From: the human T2T-CHM13v2.0 reference genome, Homo sapiens | Strand: one strand, 5' to 3' | Assembly (NCBI RefSeq): GCF_009914755.1 | Contig: NC_060932.1 | DNA: 64,000 nucleotides | In this document: piece after piece, positions 40,370-58,301 of the stretch | Layout of the letters: each line of letters opens with the position of its first letter | Position numbering within the stretch: position 1 is the first letter of the stretch | Notes under the pieces: generated by a model | The model's database searches: none | What the model was told of the DNA's origin: nothing | What the model saw: only the letters and a program-made list of their open reading frames with translations | Position numbers and translations under genes: made by a program

Positions 40370-43187
40370 TCAAAATTTTTGCTGGCTACTTAAGATTATA
40401 TAAACTATGGTGACTGGAGTGGGAGGACACATGGTCTCACAGTTGAACGCTTCCTCTTTAAGCTTCAAGATGGCTAGACCTTTCAAGTATCACACACTAG
40501 TGTGGGACCTAAGTTGTATAAAGCAAAGACAAATACCAGAAGCCCCCGAAATTTCTCACATATAAAAGAATTCCATATTGCTAATAATTAATAAATTCTT
40601 GACGCAATCTCTCGCCTTAATTGCCATTAAATCTAAAGCACTTTTTTTCCTAGTTATCAAAATCCAAATTCCTTCACATACAATCTGTTTAATAAGCAGT
40701 ATAAAAGACATTACGCAACAGATTTATCTACAAGCTGGAAGTAGTTTATAGATTTAAATATTTTAACTTCTTCCCAACTACTTGCTAAAATTGGTCATTT
40801 CATTGCTAATAACTAACAATATTATATGAAAACTAGTCCATTTCCTAAAAAATGAAAGTTTCTTAATTATTGGGGGGAGGGAGGGTTTCAGTGATTCATG
40901 GCACAACTTCCATTTAAGAAAATGAAAGGCTAGACCAAGATTTGAATCATGCTTTCAAAAGCTAATGTGAAGTTAGACATGTTTGGTTTCATAATCACAG
41001 AATTTTAAAAACACCAGGTCTGCAATATTCAGAAATCACCATTAACGCTCTCTTGACACATACAATCAATTTCACTTTAGATCGCTGATTTTCTTAACAA
41101 CTGATTTAGTTATTTCTGAATACTGCTAGAAAATTTCAAAATCTACAATTAATTTCAGGATCTATAAAGGATTGAATTATGTATACCTGTACCATTAAAG
41201 GCTCTAAATGAAATAACACATCCTTAAATAAAAAGACTAGTCCCCGAAGAGAGGGAAAACGGTCCCTTTTAAGCCCTGAAACAATTCCTACAAATTCCAT
41301 GCCAATGTAAATTTAAAAGTTATTGACAGGATGAATTTTCCGGCCACCTCTTTTTTTATAAATGAAAGTTCCAGTTTCTAGAATATAGTGATAATCAGCT
41401 GTTAGCTCATTATCAATTGACCACACCTACTCAGCTTCCCTAGTTTTTTTTTTTTTTTTTAGCTGACTTTGCTTGAGCTATTTTTCAATGAGTCACCTCT
41501 TCCTATGAAATTGAAAACTGGTCACTTTCAGAAGCTATTCTGCCTATCAATGTAGCAATAAGTTTTTAAAAAAGAACAAGAAATCCACTTAAGTAATTAA
41601 TTGGATAGTAAATTGTACATACAGAAACTAGACAAATGGAAAACTGCCATATTCTTTTCAGTAGTTAGGGTACTGGTCTACTGGTACAGACTGATAATAT
41701 ATACTGTACACTGTAACCACGGCAACCTGAAGTTCAACTCTTCGAATCCCAAGAAATGTAAAAATTGTTTTTTGGATTTAAAAACGTTAAGCTGAGAAAG
41801 AGTAACACTTTCAAGTTTTCATTTTGTGGTCTCTAGAATTCATTCCCATGTTTTCTCCACCAACTCTTAGGTTGTGATAACCTGCCCCAAAGTTATCTAC
41901 CCCCATCTGACATGCATTGATACATCCTGCCTAAGGTTGACAAGAACTGTTATGAAGTGACATTTGGAGTTACTGCTTACAGAGCAAAAGGGCAGGAAAC
42001 CTGCAGTGCAGTTTTACAACTTCTGGCTCTGTGTCACTCAATATTCTGCTTCCAAAATCAGTATCAACTTTACACAGTGAAGAGCTGATCAGTAACCTAA
42101 GTTCTACTGAATGAATGTTAATAGGAGCTTAAATTCCACCCTTAAGGCCTTTTCTAATAAAAATGAATTCTTCATATTTCGATTATTTGACATGTATTCA
42201 AGTGGCCAGCCTGTAGGGGGGGAAAAAGGCAAAATTGGGCCGTAAAATGGAATTAAGCTGACTTCTCAAAGCCAATTGATCTAAAGACAAATCCTAGCAA
42301 CTCAACAGACCACAGATATTATCTGTTTACAAAATTGTGTTTCTGTTAACTGTTTAGCTTCAAAATAAAAGCACAAAGTTAGCTGCATTTCCCCCATAAA
42401 TTTCAAGCTCAATTTAATCTCCGTTATTTTGTACTCAGTCATTTCCCAAGATTTACAGGTATCATGGGCCACTTTTAAAAATAAAAGAGAAACTTGAACT
42501 TCTTGCATGCTACAGATAAGACTGGTCCAGTTGGAATTACACTAAAGTAACATTTTATAGCCAAAGTTGACTATTTTATAAAGAAAAGCCCCTCAAAACG
42601 ACAGGAACTATTTCAGAAGGTAACATAATATACTCGAAAACCACCAGTACTGTGAATCTAAGATAAAATTTGACTAAAAATGGTCTAAGTTGCCTGAGAA
42701 AACTGGCCTTCAAAGTGGTCGGCTGCCACATCCCCTCCTCCCACTCTGCCCTTTTAATGTTAGAGAAATGCTTGATCTAGGGGAAACCCCAAATGCATGT
42801 CTCCGGTAAATTCCATTCCTAGATCCATCAGTCACTGATGAGTTCTGGGAAGTGGACTCACAAGCCTGAGGACCACCACCACACCACACATCGCCACAGG
42901 AACTTTATCCTAAGGCCTGGTGGCTCCCCCAGGCGACTGGGCCAGGAGCAGGAGCAGAAGCAGGCCTCGGGCCTGCGAGGTTACAGGGTTCAACACGTGG
43001 TATTTTTCGAGCACAGAACTGCACTTCCTCCCCAGGCTGGGGCGCCGGCAGGAGCTCCGGGTGGTGGGAGCGCCTCCACCTCTTACCCACGAAAGGAGCT
43101 CAGCGTTCAACGCCCCAGAATCCCGGGGCCACTGGCGGGAGCGCCGCGGAGGAACCGAATCTCACCCACCCTCCCGGCGCGTCATCA

Positions 43188-44148
<961 letters not shown>

Positions 44149-44169
44149 CACCGCCTCCTGCACCCTCTA

Positions 44170-44201
44170 CTTATACCCCGCGCCGCACTCGCCCCGCCCC
44201 C
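44170..44201 (-). promoter_or_regulatory. TATA-like box (TATAAG, 44170-44175) with adjacent GC box
   Basis: cttata on + strand ~27-30 nt upstream of the TOP start; GGGGCGGGG just upstream. Confidence 0.75.
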
Positions 44202-45927
44202 GCGCGTCTGACGCCAGGGCCCCTACGCGAGCGTCAGCGCCGGAGTAGGAGGAGACGCGGAGGCCAGGGGGAGGAGGGAAGAGAAAACAGGAGGAAAGAG
44301 CAGAGAGGAAGGGAGAGGTGGCGGCGGTGGAGGCTGCGGTGTGGGGGTGGGGCTCGGGCGAAGGGGCGGGGCTTTTGCGCAGGCGCCGCGGCCGGGGAAG
44401 CGGAGCCCGCGCTGCGTCGCGTCCGTGGGGGTGGGGAGGACGGCTCGCGGGCGGTCCTCGGGGGTGTTGGCTGAGGCGTCCCCGCCTTCCGCCCCGCCCG
44501 CCCCTGCCTCCACCAGGAGGAGCGTTAACCCGTCACCGCGGCGGTGGGCGGTGCAAAGGGCTTCCGGGTTCCTCCGCGCTAACCACCCCCCACGTGCGCG
44601 GCCGCCTGTGGCCTCTTCCCGCTGCGGCCGGCCCGGCTCCTCTAGCCCCAGCTCCGGGGGACGCCGGGCACGGGTGAGCGGGCGTGGTCCCCTCCGGGCC
44701 CGGTTTCCGAAACGTGCGTAGATGGAGCCAGCGTGGCCCCCTGCTCTCTCCTACCCGGACCGCACTACGAGTCCCAGCCGGCACCGCCGCCACGCGCGTC
44801 GGCCGCAGAAGCGGTGCCTGCTGGGAGCTGGAGTCCCCAACGGCCGCGGCGCTCGCTGACACCAACTGGCTGCGCGGGTCCTGGCCGCCCGCTCCGGGAC
44901 CCCCCAACCGTCCTGCGCGCTGGACCCCGGCACCGCTGGAGCTCCCGGCGCGGGGTTGGGGGGCAGGGAGAGAGAGGGGAGGGCCCCTCGGGTTCCTCGT
45001 CCTCTTCTTTTCCAGCCCGACCCTCCTCCGTGTCTTCACTGGACGTTGTCGTTGGTCAAAGTGGCTTTAATTTGGGATAGCTGTGTTGGGGGTCTTTGGT
45101 CACTTCTTACCTTAAGGTGCTAGGCTGGAATCATTGATTTGTGCTGCTTCTGCCAGACATTTCTTGGCGATAGAAACCAGGAGTGGAGAAAAGTGAATGT
45201 TTTTCCTGAAAGTACGGGTTTGTCACAATCACTACTATATGGCACCACAGCCCTGCAACCAGACAAAATTAGGAATAGTCTAAAACAACGTCCTTATAAA
45301 TAACTAAAACAATTCTGCACATTAGTAGTGGGTTTTAATAGGAATGCTAAATTTAACGAATTGATAGTAATAAAAACCGGCTCTAGGAATGACATTAAAT
45401 CAACATACAAATTCCACTCGAAAGTAGTAAAGTGCTTTTACAGTTTTTAAAGCACTCGCGTAAACATACTATCATTTGTTCCTGAGAGCAATCTGGTGTG
45501 GGAGGTGGAGCAAGTAGTAATAATTTTACTTTACTGTTACAGGAACAGTCTCAAAGAAGTTAAATGATTGCCCAATTTATTCCTTAATTCAATAAACTTT
45601 AATGGATGTCAACTGTATTGCTAGGTGTGGAATTAAGTACTTTATATCTTGTCTCATTTAATTAGAATTTAAACCAGTGGAATCCCACATAAATACTATT
45701 TTGCTCCTATTAAAAAGAGGATAAAATGTGACCGGGCGCGGTGGCTCACTCCTGTAATTCCAGCACTTTGGGAGGCTGACGCACGCTGATCACTTGAGGT
45801 CAGGAGTTCGAGACCAGCCTGGCCAACATGGTGAAACCCCGTCTCTACTAAAAATACAAAAAGTAGCCAGGCGCGGTGGCTCACGCCTGTAATCCCAGCA
45901 CTTTGAGAAGCCAAGGGGGGCAGATCA

Positions 45928-46161
<234 letters not shown>

Positions 46162-47256
46162 TTAGGCTTCCAGGGCAGCTTGACAGGCAGTGATGCCCTG
46201 GATGGTAAATGGAAGCATTCTCATCACTAGAAAAGTATATTAGTGCTTTGTAGGTGAATACATAGTTTGGGAAGGGAGCCAGTCATCAGGACGTCTATGC
46301 AGCTGTGGCTCTTGCACTTAGTAGATGTCATTGTCATATTTTATGGAGGTACAGTTGAGTATGTGCAAGGGAAAGTAGAAGCAAAGTCCATACCTGAGGA
46401 CAAGGAGCTGCTATTTAATAGAATAGGAGAGAGAGTCAGAGCCCAGGAGGAAACAGGAGTGGGATCTGGAACTGAAACCAAGAACCTGTTCCCTTGATCC
46501 ATCAATCACCTCTTTTTATTTCCAGCCAGCTGCTTTCGCTCAGATCAGAAACTGGTCAATTCAGATCAAAAAGAAAACAAACCAATCTTCTCTTAATGAC
46601 ATATTCCTCTCTCATTCACTTTTTTTTCATAGCCAAGCTTTTCATTTCTGCTTTCTCTCTCCTTAGTTCCTCAACACTACCGTATGACTTCCAGCTGCAC
46701 TCAAATTGCCCCATCAACAGTTGCCAATGATCCCTGTTCTATTTGACAAATCCAATGGACTTTCTTCAGGTCCATTTTACTGGACATCTGCAGAGTTTGA
46801 CACTGTTTTCCTCCCTCTCTTTTGTCACACACTCTCTTGGCGTCTGGGCTACACTTTCCTGGTTCTGCCTCTCAGATTCTTCCTCCTCTCTGCCAGTAAC
46901 TTATCATTCCCTGACCACCAGGTAGGATTGGGCACCCTTCCTTTGGTTTTTCCCCTGCCCCCCGCCAACCCTGCCACTACATTTACTACGTTATATCAAA
47001 ATAGTGTGTTTATGAGCGATCTCCCAAAATAAGTTGTAAGCGCCAAAAGAAGGCTTATGTCATGTTTATCTGCATCCCAACCATCTACCGTGAAGCCTGG
47101 CACACTGAGGGTGTATTTTTTCTTTTTAAACCTAACTTCAGGGAGAGGGCCAGCTAGGCCTTGTAGACTGACCATATAGGATGAGGGTTAGTTGGGAGGT
47201 CTCAACCTGATGGTCACATGGGCACCTAGGGCCGTGTTCACCTCCAGACTGCTTGG

Positions 47257-47504
47257 CCTGCTGCAGCATGTTACCTCTCAGCTCCACAAGCTGTTTCGGG
47301 GAGCGCTTCCTGACATGCTGGTTGGGCTCTCATTTCTAGTGCTGGAAGTAGTGGACTTTTAGTACCCCAAATCAGGCAAGCAGGGACAAGCAAGGACTCC
47401 TGGACAACAGGAGTTTCTGGACCTCCAAAGCTGAGGACGCTGTATGGTGGTAATCCCACTAATGTTCTGAGACCCCTTTTTGATGTTAGCAGTCTGATTG
47501 CTTG
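47257..47504 (+). repeat. long non-Alu inverted repeat, arm 1
   Basis: reverse complement of 48362-48616, e.g. TTCTGGACCTCCAAAGCTGAGGACGCTGTATGG vs CCATACAGCGTCCTCAGCTTTGGAGGTCCAGAA. Confidence 0.97.
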
Positions 47505-48361
47505 TGATAGAGGTAATTAAGGCTACGAATAAAAGGCAGAAGATGAAATATTTGTTGATTCCTTTTGCCTTTTTGATTCACTACTCTCATTTTTCTCTCC
47601 TATCATTTTTTTTTGTCTTAAAAAATGTGCTGTCTATGTTTATCTGGCTTGCCTGTGTTTATCTAATTTTAGATTGCAAGCTGTGGGACAGAATAATGTC
47701 TTTATATGTGCAGCATCTCACTGTGGGTGCCTAAGAATATCTAATGACATTAAAGTCATTCAATTAACCTGTTTTTATTTAATGAGTAAACTGTAAAGTT
47801 CTCCAGAGAGCTTATTCACTTGAACTTCACTAGCAATTTATAAGTAATTTTCAGGTTATATCCAGGATACATTCAGAATATATCCAGGATAATTTATAGT
47901 ATCTTGTGTAATGTATGTAAGATAACCTGGCCTTTTAAGATCTTTAGGTAATATAGAGAGATTTATTTGAAATGGATAATAAGTGTATTCGTTGAGAACA
48001 GATCCCTCTCAATTGAAGGGGTATACTTTCTGTAGATCCTTGAAATAGAAAAAATATTATATGACGTCTGTGATAAAATCAAAACTATGCAATGTTTCAG
48101 AAGATGAGCTTCCCACTTAATTGGTTTGCCAGGTTGGTGAGGAACATAACACCTACTCAGATTTGCAAATTGTCATGCCCATGATCAGAGGAATTCCTAT
48201 AATGAGACTCACTTAGAGTTTATGTTTTCTTCCATACGCATTGCATATTTTTCTCATACCAACCAAGAATGAAGAAAGGAATTTATATGAGTTTGAAATG
48301 GGGTCCTGTTTCTAGATTGTGTGTCAGATGTTGTAAGCTGACATTAGTTCTGAGAAAATGG

Positions 48362-48616
48362 CGAGCAATCAGACTGCTAACATCAAAGAGGGGATCTCAG
48401 AACATTAGTAGGATCACTGCCATACAGCGTCCTCAGCTTTGGAGGTCCAGAACCTCCTGTTGTCCAGAAGTCCTTGGTTGTCCCTGCTTGCCTGACTTTG
48501 GGTACCAAAAGTCCGCTACTTCCAAGCTCAGCACTAGAAATGAGAACCCAGCCAGCGTGTCAGGAAACGCTCCCTGAAAGAGCTCCTGGAGTTTAGAGCT
48601 AACATGCTGTGGCAGG
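48362..48616 (-). repeat. long non-Alu inverted repeat, arm 2
   Basis: hand alignment to arm 1: about 26 substitutions and two indels (6 nt, 1 nt) over ~250 nt. Confidence 0.97.
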
Positions 48617-48831
48617 ATCAAGGGTCATAAGGTCAAGGGTCATAAACACAGACTCAGAAACACAGAAACAATAATGGGAAAAAAATGTAGTTAGTGATTT
48701 TGTTGTAGAAGACAATAAGAGAAATCTCAAAATACTAAGGTTTGTTACAAGGTGCTTTTCTAATGGCATAGCCATCTATGTTAAACCAGTGTAGTTGTTA
48801 TAATGATTGTTCAATATAACAGGGATACTAC

Positions 48832-49504
<673 letters not shown>

Positions 49505-49861
49505 TATATGTAAATTTTAATAGCATAATGTACAGCGCTACCACTTATCGAATACCTCTTATCTCTCTCTATTACCACACATCAATTGATTTGGTAGATA
49601 CCAAGTTCAAATGTGTGACAGAAGTATTAAGCAGAGACATACACAGGAGGCTGGGGAGGGGCAAAAATAAAAGAGACATACACATGCAGACACATGAAAG
49701 AGATACAACTGTTACTGTCCTAAACTAATTTAGAGAACAGAAAAATGCAATGACCCCATTGAGACAATATTAAATATTAGATGCATAACAAAAAAACTCC
49801 CAAGAGGGGTCACAGTGAGAATATTCTTGCAATGGGTCATATTCTAGGACCACTGTTCTTA

Positions 49862-50290
<429 letters not shown>

Positions 50291-50687
50291 TCACACCTGT
50301 GAACCCAGCACTTTGGGAGGCCGAGGTGGCACAATTGCTTGAGGCCAGGAGCTTAAGACCAGCCTGGGTAGCACAGTGAGACCTCATCTCTACAAAGTTA
50401 AAACAAAACAAAACAAAACAAAGCCAGGTGCTGTGGTGTGCATTTGTGGTCCCCACTACTGGGAGGCTGAGGCAAGAGGATCACTTGAGCCAGGGAGGTT
50501 GAGGCTGCGGTGAGCTGTGATTGTACCACTACACTCCAGCCTGGGTGACAGAGTGAGACCCTGTCTCTAAACAAACAACAAAAAGATATAAAGAAGGACA
50601 AAAATACTTTTCAGGTAAATAGAAGAAATTTTAATTTTATTAAGAGCTAATATTAATGGAGCATGGATATTTATTGAACCTGGATAA

Positions 50688-51089
<402 letters not shown>

Positions 51090-52118
51090 TAGTAGAACAA
51101 CTTTGATTCAAACACAGGCAGTGCAAATTTCAAAGGATCTCTTTGATGTGGGAATGACAGGGGGCAGAACAGTACTTGGAATAAGGAAAGGAAAGGGCAT
51201 TGTAAGGTGGAAGAAATAACATCAGGAATGTGGTGGAGGTGGGCATAAGCAGCATGTGTTGAAGGGATGATGATCCCTTGGCTGAAACAGGGTGAATAGG
51301 AGGGCATAAAGGCAGGCGGGAGAGGAGGCAAGTATGGTAAACAATAGATTAGGGCTCGAATGAAAAGGGAACACAGGATCTAAACTTTTGGCTTTCAGGT
51401 TTCTTCCAAAAGGTAATTCCAGTGGTGGTGTAAAAGTACTGGATTTGAAAGATGAGAGCCAAAGGAAGACCAATTGAGATATTCTTGGAAATGGCCTCAC
51501 TTTCATCTTCCTGGAAGTCGAAGAAACAAGTTCCTAACTGTCTAATGAAAAGCAGCACAACAGTTTTATTCAGGAAGACTAATTTTTTTCCTATAGTAAA
51601 TCTTTAAAAGAATTTATTGTGTAGCTCTTTAAAGACATTGAATTATATAAGTCAATTATTCATTCACTACAAATCAAATGCTTTTTAGGCCTACAGTGTG
51701 AGTTGTTATAAATGTTGTTATAAAACATTAAAACCACTGAAGTGTCTGCCCTTATGGAGCTTACTTTCTAGAGAAATTGTCTAGGGCAGTTGTCTTAAAT
51801 AGTGATTTTTATTTTTATTTGTTTTTATATTCTATTTTTTTCTGCAACAAAAGCCACATTCAAGTGATTGTTTTTAATGCAAGAACAATTTTTTTGTCAA
51901 CTCTTTCCTTTTTCTCTCTCCCCTTTCCTTTCCTTTCCTCTTCTTTCCTCTCCTCTCCCTTCCTTTCGAGACAGGGTCTCACTCTGTTGCCCAGGCTGGA
52001 AATGCAGTGGCACAATCTTGGCTCACTGCAGCCTCCACCTTCCAGACTCAAATGATCCTCCCAATTCAGCCTTCTGAATAGCTGAGATTACAGTTGAGTG
52101 CCACTACGCCCAGCATAA

Positions 52119-52534
<416 letters not shown>

Positions 52535-52605
52535 CTAAATTTAACATAAAGCTTACGAAATCTACAGAAACTGATGGTGGTGCACCCTTTAGGCAACATA
52601 TCTCA

Positions 52606-53777
<1,172 letters not shown>

Positions 53778-54777
53778 TCATCAGAATTACCTCAAGTTAC
53801 CTACATTATACCATTTCCTTGTCATGAATAATTTTGGAACATTGTTCATTTCCTTTCATATGAAAATCTATTTTTAAAAGATAATGTGAAGGTAGCCTAT
53901 CTGCCATTTAACTATTGATAAGATAATTTGCATTTTTTAAAAATCCTAGCCTCTCAAGAGAAAAATGGAGAAGCTGAAAGCCATTCCCATCTAAGAACTC
54001 AGAGGTGTCAGTTGTTTGCCTGCCGACGCTCTCATGTGAACTAAGAGAATGGAACCGGACATTCGTGAAGTGCTCAGTAAGCAAACAAAACGAAGACTTC
54101 TTGTGAGGGACAAAATCATTGGTTTGGTCACCTTAGTGAGATGCATTTTAAGAGAAAAGCAAAGAATTTTAATGTTATTCAGTAGTTTTATTGTTAGTAT
54201 TAATAATTGCATTACTATTTCATGCTTTTTTCTATTGCCAAATAAAAGAAATAAGGGATTATGCTAACTTTGTTAAGAATTTAACATTTTTTAGAGTGAT
54301 AATTCAGTGTTTCATTGAGTTATAAAGAAAGAGAAATATAATTATAACTTGGAAGAAGAATAAAAAATTGGAGTAGACATGCAGTAATGAAAGAACTAAG
54401 TTGAAAATGTTCATACAAACTAACAACACTTAATAAAATATGTCTTTTCTAACTTTGTTCAATGAAATTGCCAAGGAGCAATATTACACCACCAAAATGA
54501 GCCTGATCATATGCACTCCTGCTGGCTAAATTTTGAGGTCTAAAACCATTTTTCACTTAAAGGAACCAACACACCTCAGAAAAATGGCTGATTCCATGTC
54601 TGGGTCTAGGGAAGCACAGGTGAGTCTTGGAACATTTTGTTTGGGCCAGAAGGCAAGTACTTTCTAAAAGTAATGGTGTTGGGGCCTGGCATGGTGGTTC
54701 ACACCTGTAATCCCAGCATTTTACAGCTCGCCTGTAATCCCAATCCCAGGCCAAGGCAGGAGGATCATTTGAGGTCA

Positions 54778-55053
<276 letters not shown>

Positions 55054-55907
55054 TTAATGGGACACGCATTGACTAGATTCTGTTAAACTGTGTATCAAAA
55101 GGAAAATGATGACTATAGTTAGTTGAAATGCCTTAAGTAAGGAGGTGATGAATTCATAATGATAGCAAAAATGAGATAAGTCGATGAATTGTACTAAAGA
55201 AATTGAATATATCAATCTCATTATTTACCCTGTTATCATGTTAGTACTACTGACTCATTTATTGAGTCAGTGCAGATACCAAATTCAGTAAATAACAAGT
55301 ATGTTAATTTTAAGTTTACATTGAGAAAAATAGTTCTTTAACTCTTAGGCTATAATACCTGTGTCTACTAGTGCAAACCGCTTTTTTTGTAGTGACGAAA
55401 TTATTTGTGTATGTAGGCACCTTCCCAGTGTATCCCTGCCTGCCTTAGAAATTGAATACCGAGGGTTTTGATTGCACCTCAAAATGTCATTTTAGTGAAT
55501 CATCTCAGGAAAACTGGCGTTGGAATATATTCGAATTTGTTTCAGTCAACTAAGTTTTGTTTTATTTATGTATTTATTCTGAGATGGAGTCTTGCTCTGT
55601 TATGCAGGCTGGAGTGCAGTGACTCACTGTAACCTTTGCCTCCTGGGTTCAAGTGATTCTCCTGCCTCAGCCTCTTGAGTAGCTGGAATTACAGGTGCAT
55701 GCCACCATACCTGGCTAATTTTTGTATTTTTAGAGACTAGGTTTCACTATGTTGGCCAGGCTGGTCTGAAACTCCTGACCTCAGTTGATCTATCTGCCTC
55801 AGCCTGTCAAAGTGCTGGGATTACAGGTGTGAGCCACCGCGCTCGGCCTATCAAATAAATTTTAAGAGGCAGTTTATAACTCTGGTGGTATTTTGTTTAA
55901 GTATATA

Positions 55908-56125
55908 GCAGGCTGTTCAATAGAACTTTCCATGATGATGAAAATATTGTATATCTGTGCTGACCAATATGGTAGCCATTAGTCACATGTAGCTAACGGT
56001 TACTGAACACTGAAATGTGGCTACTGTGACCAAGAAACTGAATTTTTAGTTTAATTTCATTTAATTTAGATTTAAAGTAAAATAGACACATGTGGCTAAT
56101 GACTAATGTATTGAACAGTATAGGT
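55908..56125 (+). mobile_element. MER3-like hAT fossil
   Basis: CTGTTCAATAGAACTTTCCATGATGATGAAAATATTGTATATCTGTGCTGACCAATATGGTAGCCA...CACATGTGGCTA. Confidence 0.75.
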
Positions 56126-58196
56126 CTAGATTTTCAGCCACTTTTAATTTTTTTTTAGAGACAGGGTCTCAATCTGTTGTCCAGGCTGGAGTGCTGTGGT
56201 GTGATAATAGTTCACTGCAGCCTCAAACTCCTGGCTCCAGCAATCCTCCCACTTCAGCCTCCCAAGTAGCTGGGACTACAGGCTTGTGCCACCATGCCCG
56301 GCTAATTTTAAAGTTTATTTGTAGAGATAGGAGGTCTTCCTATGTTGCCCAGGCTACTCTAGAGCACTTGGCCTCAAGAGATGCCCCTAAAGCTCTGGGA
56401 ATATATGCCTGAGCCACTGCACTGTTCTATTAAGCCTCCTTCAAATTAGATGGTTTTTCCTCAGTGTGACCTCTTGAGAAAAAAAAAGAAAAAGAAAAAG
56501 AAAACATAAAAACAAAAAAATAGATGGTTTACCCATTGATGCAAATTTCTTCTCACCAATTCTGGAAGACTGTCCATTTTCTTTCAGATAAGGATCTATA
56601 TTGAAAAAATTTAGAATTTATTGTTTGAATAGGTAAATTCATATTGTTTCAGAACACTAAAATGACAAAAAGATGTATGGTAAGAATTATCTCCCATCCT
56701 ATCCCTCAGCTACCCAGGTCTCTTCAGCATAGGTGTGACCGATGTTACCGGTTTCTTACATATCCCAAAGACACTTTATGCATTTACAAGTAATGTTAGT
56801 ACTTCACTGTTGTTCACGAGGCATTTTTAATTCCTCTTAACATATTTTAAGGGTCACTTTATATCAGTTCATCAACTGTCTCCTTCCTATGACTGTGTAG
56901 TCTTAAGAATCTGTTTTAAAAGATACCTGAAGGTGGCTTGTCTGCCATTTTGACAGTCAACGAGATAACTTGCATTTGAAATGTTAAAAATCCTAATTTT
57001 GACCAGGCACAGTAGCTCACCCCTATAATCCCAGCACTTTGGGAGGCCAAGGCAGGAGGATGGCTTAAAGCTAGAAGTTTGAGACCAGCCTGGACAACAT
57101 AGTGAGACCCTGTCTCTACAAAAAATAATTTTTAAAAAATCATAATTTCATAAGACAGGTAATGATAACAGCAAGTAGAGCCTGTGACAGCCCCTACTTG
57201 GTGCACCCTGCCCATATGCAGGAAGCTCGCATTTCAAAATACCTAGTCCTTTTTCTTTTCAAAACTTGTATTTTGGGGGCCGGGCTTGGTGGCTCACACC
57301 TACAGTCCCAGCACTTTGGGAGGCCAAGGTGGGCAGATGACGTGAGGTCAGGAGTTCAAGACCAGCCCGGCCAACATGGTGAAACCCCATTTCTACTAAA
57401 AACACAAAAATTAGCTGGGTCTGGTGGCAATGCCTGTAATCCCAGCTACTCAGGAGGCTAATGCAGGAGAATCACTTGAACTCAGGAGATGGAGATTGCA
57501 GTGAGCCGAGATCGCACTGCTGCACCAAAACAAACAAACAAACAAACAAACAAACAAAAAACTTGTATTTTGAACAAAATCTAGTCAAGTTTTGTGAAGT
57601 GATCCAAGATATTATAATGATAAATATGACTGTTTAAAAAATAACACAATTTAAATTTCAGTAATATGTAATTTCCTTTAGTGGTTTTCCATTGCACAAA
57701 GAATAACATCCAAACTCCTCCCCAAGGCTCACCAAGCTTTGTGTGATCTGACTCCAGACTTCTTAATCAGGAGGCTCCAGCCACATAGACCTCTTAGCAC
57801 AGCCAGCTCTTTGCTGCCCTAGGGCCCTTGTACTCACTCTTCTCTCAGCTGGCATGCTCCCTCCTGGGCTCCTGTGCCTCTCTACTTCATCCTCCATCCT
57901 GGCTGGCACAGTGGCTCATACCTGTAGACCCAGCACTCTGGGAGACCAAGGAGGGAGGATTGCTTGAGCTCAGGACTTTGAGACCCACCTGGGCAACACA
58001 GCAAGACCTTGTCCTTACTAAAATTTGGAAAAATTAGGCTGGGCACAGTGGCTCACACCTGTAATTCTAGCCAAGATGGGCAGATCACTTGAGGCCAGGA
58101 TTTTGAGACCAGCCTGGCCAACATGGTGAAACCCCATCTCTACTTAAAATACTAAAATTAGCTGGGTGTGGTGGCACACACCTGTAGTCCCAGCTA

Positions 58197-58301
<105 letters not shown>

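Noticed and set aside
47257-48616. Interpretation as a single DNA transposon with long TIRs
   Set aside because: No TSD at the outer boundaries, no recognisable terminal motif, and no transposase-like remnant in the spacer.
47271-48621. ORFs overlapping the inverted-repeat arms (62, 102 and 62 aa)
   Set aside because: No recognisable protein similarity, and stops or a 1-nt indel differ between arms. A pseudogene origin of the arm cannot be excluded without tblastx.
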